Positions 14,541 to 15,090 of a stretch of 15,090 bases of DNA are shown here, in pieces. The number at the start of each line of letters is the position of its first letter. Positions within the stretch are counted from its first letter, which is position 1. The stretch spans positions 1 to 15,090 of the forward strand of contig NZ_SNUY01000057.1 of NCBI RefSeq assembly GCF_004376175.1, written 5' to 3'. Position numbers and translations under genes: made by a program. This stretch comes from Halalkalibacterium halodurans. Its GTDB lineage: Bacteria; Bacillota; Bacilli; Bacillales; Bacillaceae_D. Below the pieces are notes generated by a model. It was not told the DNA's origin and ran no database searches. It saw only the letters and a program-made list of their open reading frames with translations.

Positions 14541-15090
14541 TTAACCGATGTGAACCCCAATTCTTTTATACTTATGTGTTAATAGTATTTTTGCTCGAAA
14601 GCGTTCATAGCTTCTAAAACCAAATGCATTTCGCTTTAGTACCTTTGTGGAATTATTAATCCCTTCTAAAAATCCATTTGAATAACCATACGCAAAGCTA
14701 TTTAAAATTTCCGTCTGCCAGTTTTCGAAGGTGCCTATAGCTCTGCACATTTCTGGTATCCCTGAATTCTTAACTAATTTATAGATCGCTTTTAATTCCT
14801 TTTTGACTCTTTCTATTTGGGTTGCCCCTATTTCTTTGGAACGTTTAAACCAGTCCTGATAAGCTTCCTTTAATTCATAAGCCTTTTGAAGCTCTGTTGA
14901 CATTTTTAAGTAACGATCCAAGTACCAACGCTCTTCCTCTGTCAACCTGCTGTTTTCCTTGTGGAATACATGTTTCATTCGCTTACACTTCTTGCGGTCA
15001 TATGCATGAAAATCCTTTTGTACTCTTCTCCTTACTCCGTCAAGTGCCCAGTAGATATATCTACAAAAGTGGAATCGATCTGCAATGATA
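14541..15090 (-). CDS. ISL3-family transposase, C-terminal part (5' end beyond window)
   Basis: The frame stays open past the listed Met to the window edge (IIADRFHFCRYIYWALDGVRRRVQKDFHAYDRKKCKRMKHVFHKEN...). The ADRFH block and the C-terminal NGFLEGINNSTKVLKRNAFGFRSYERFRAKILL fit my recollection of ISL3 transposases. Confidence 0.85.
   Translation of the reverse strand, partial: IIADRFHFCRYIYWALDGVRRRVQKDFHAYDRKKCKRMKHVFHKENSRLTEEERWYLDRYLKMSTELQKAYELKEAYQDWFKRSKEIGATQIERVKKELKAIYKLVKNSGIPEMCRAIGTFENWQTEILNSFAYGYSNGFLEGINNSTKVLKRNAFGFRSYERFRAKILLTHKYKRIGVHIG

Larger units (their letters stand above)
14464..15090 (-). mobile_element. ISL3-family insertion sequence, partial; inner boundary unresolved (about 14464 to 14512)
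   Basis: The transposase stop at 14541 must be followed within tens of bp by a terminal inverted repeat. GGCCTTTTATTCGG at 14464 loosely resembles my recollection of GGCTCTT-type ISL3 ends. The other end of the element is outside the window, so neither IR nor target duplication can be verified. Confidence 0.4.

Noticed and set aside
14897-15088. Plus-strand 63-aa ORF at the window end
   Set aside because: It is antisense to the ISL3 transposase frame, which stays open to the window edge.
1-15090. Search for CRISPR arrays, tRNA/rRNA genes, riboswitch-length leaders, and defence or secretion gene sets
   Set aside because: - No spaced direct-repeat arrays and no cloverleaf candidates were found.
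- All 5' leaders are under about 170 nt and lack conserved riboswitch cores that I can recognise.
- Every large ORF is accounted for by transport, resistance, metabolic or IS functions.

Overview
The window looks like a Bacillaceae (Firmicutes) chromosomal segment. This is judged from GGAGG-type Shine-Dalgarno sites, frequent TTG/GTG starts and close resemblance to recalled Bacillus subtilis and Staphylococcus pI258 proteins; no search was run. Contents in order: (1) The 5' part of a Pho-regulon phosphate ABC importer on the minus strand: pstS lipoprotein, pstC, and possibly the first codons of pstA, with PhoP-box-like repeats upstream of pstS. (2) A two-gene module of an ArsR/SmtB repressor plus an uncharacterised FAD/NAD(P) flavoprotein whose only four cysteines lie in its last 80 residues. 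Three copies of a 16-bp ATCAA-N6-TTGAT motif are associated with it. (3) A decayed DNA-alkylation-repair (AlkD-like) gene remnant and an orphan ORF of about 98 aa. (4) A classical arsR-arsB-arsC arsenic resistance operon (ArsB-type pump, thioredoxin-coupled LMW-PTP ArsC) with a palindromic operator over its promoter. (5) Housekeeping genes: maa acetyltransferase, a YhfI-like MBL hydrolase, a 58-aa coiled-coil ORF and a DUF3870 protein. (6) A tightly packed DUF819 permease / L-Ala-D/L-Glu epimerase (YkfB-like) / SH3b-NlpC/P60 endopeptidase (YkfC-like) operon, with a convergent amidohydrolase. (7) A 44-bp perfect palindrome next to a window-truncated ISL3-family transposase gene. I see no rRNA, tRNA, CRISPR array or recognisable defence, toxin-antitoxin or secretion system. 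The best candidates for undescribed biology are modest: the ArsR-linked Cys-tailed flavoprotein with its triplicated operator-like motif, and the DUF819 membrane protein embedded in a murein-peptide recycling operon. All homology statements rest on motif recognition and memory of family sequences and need database confirmation.
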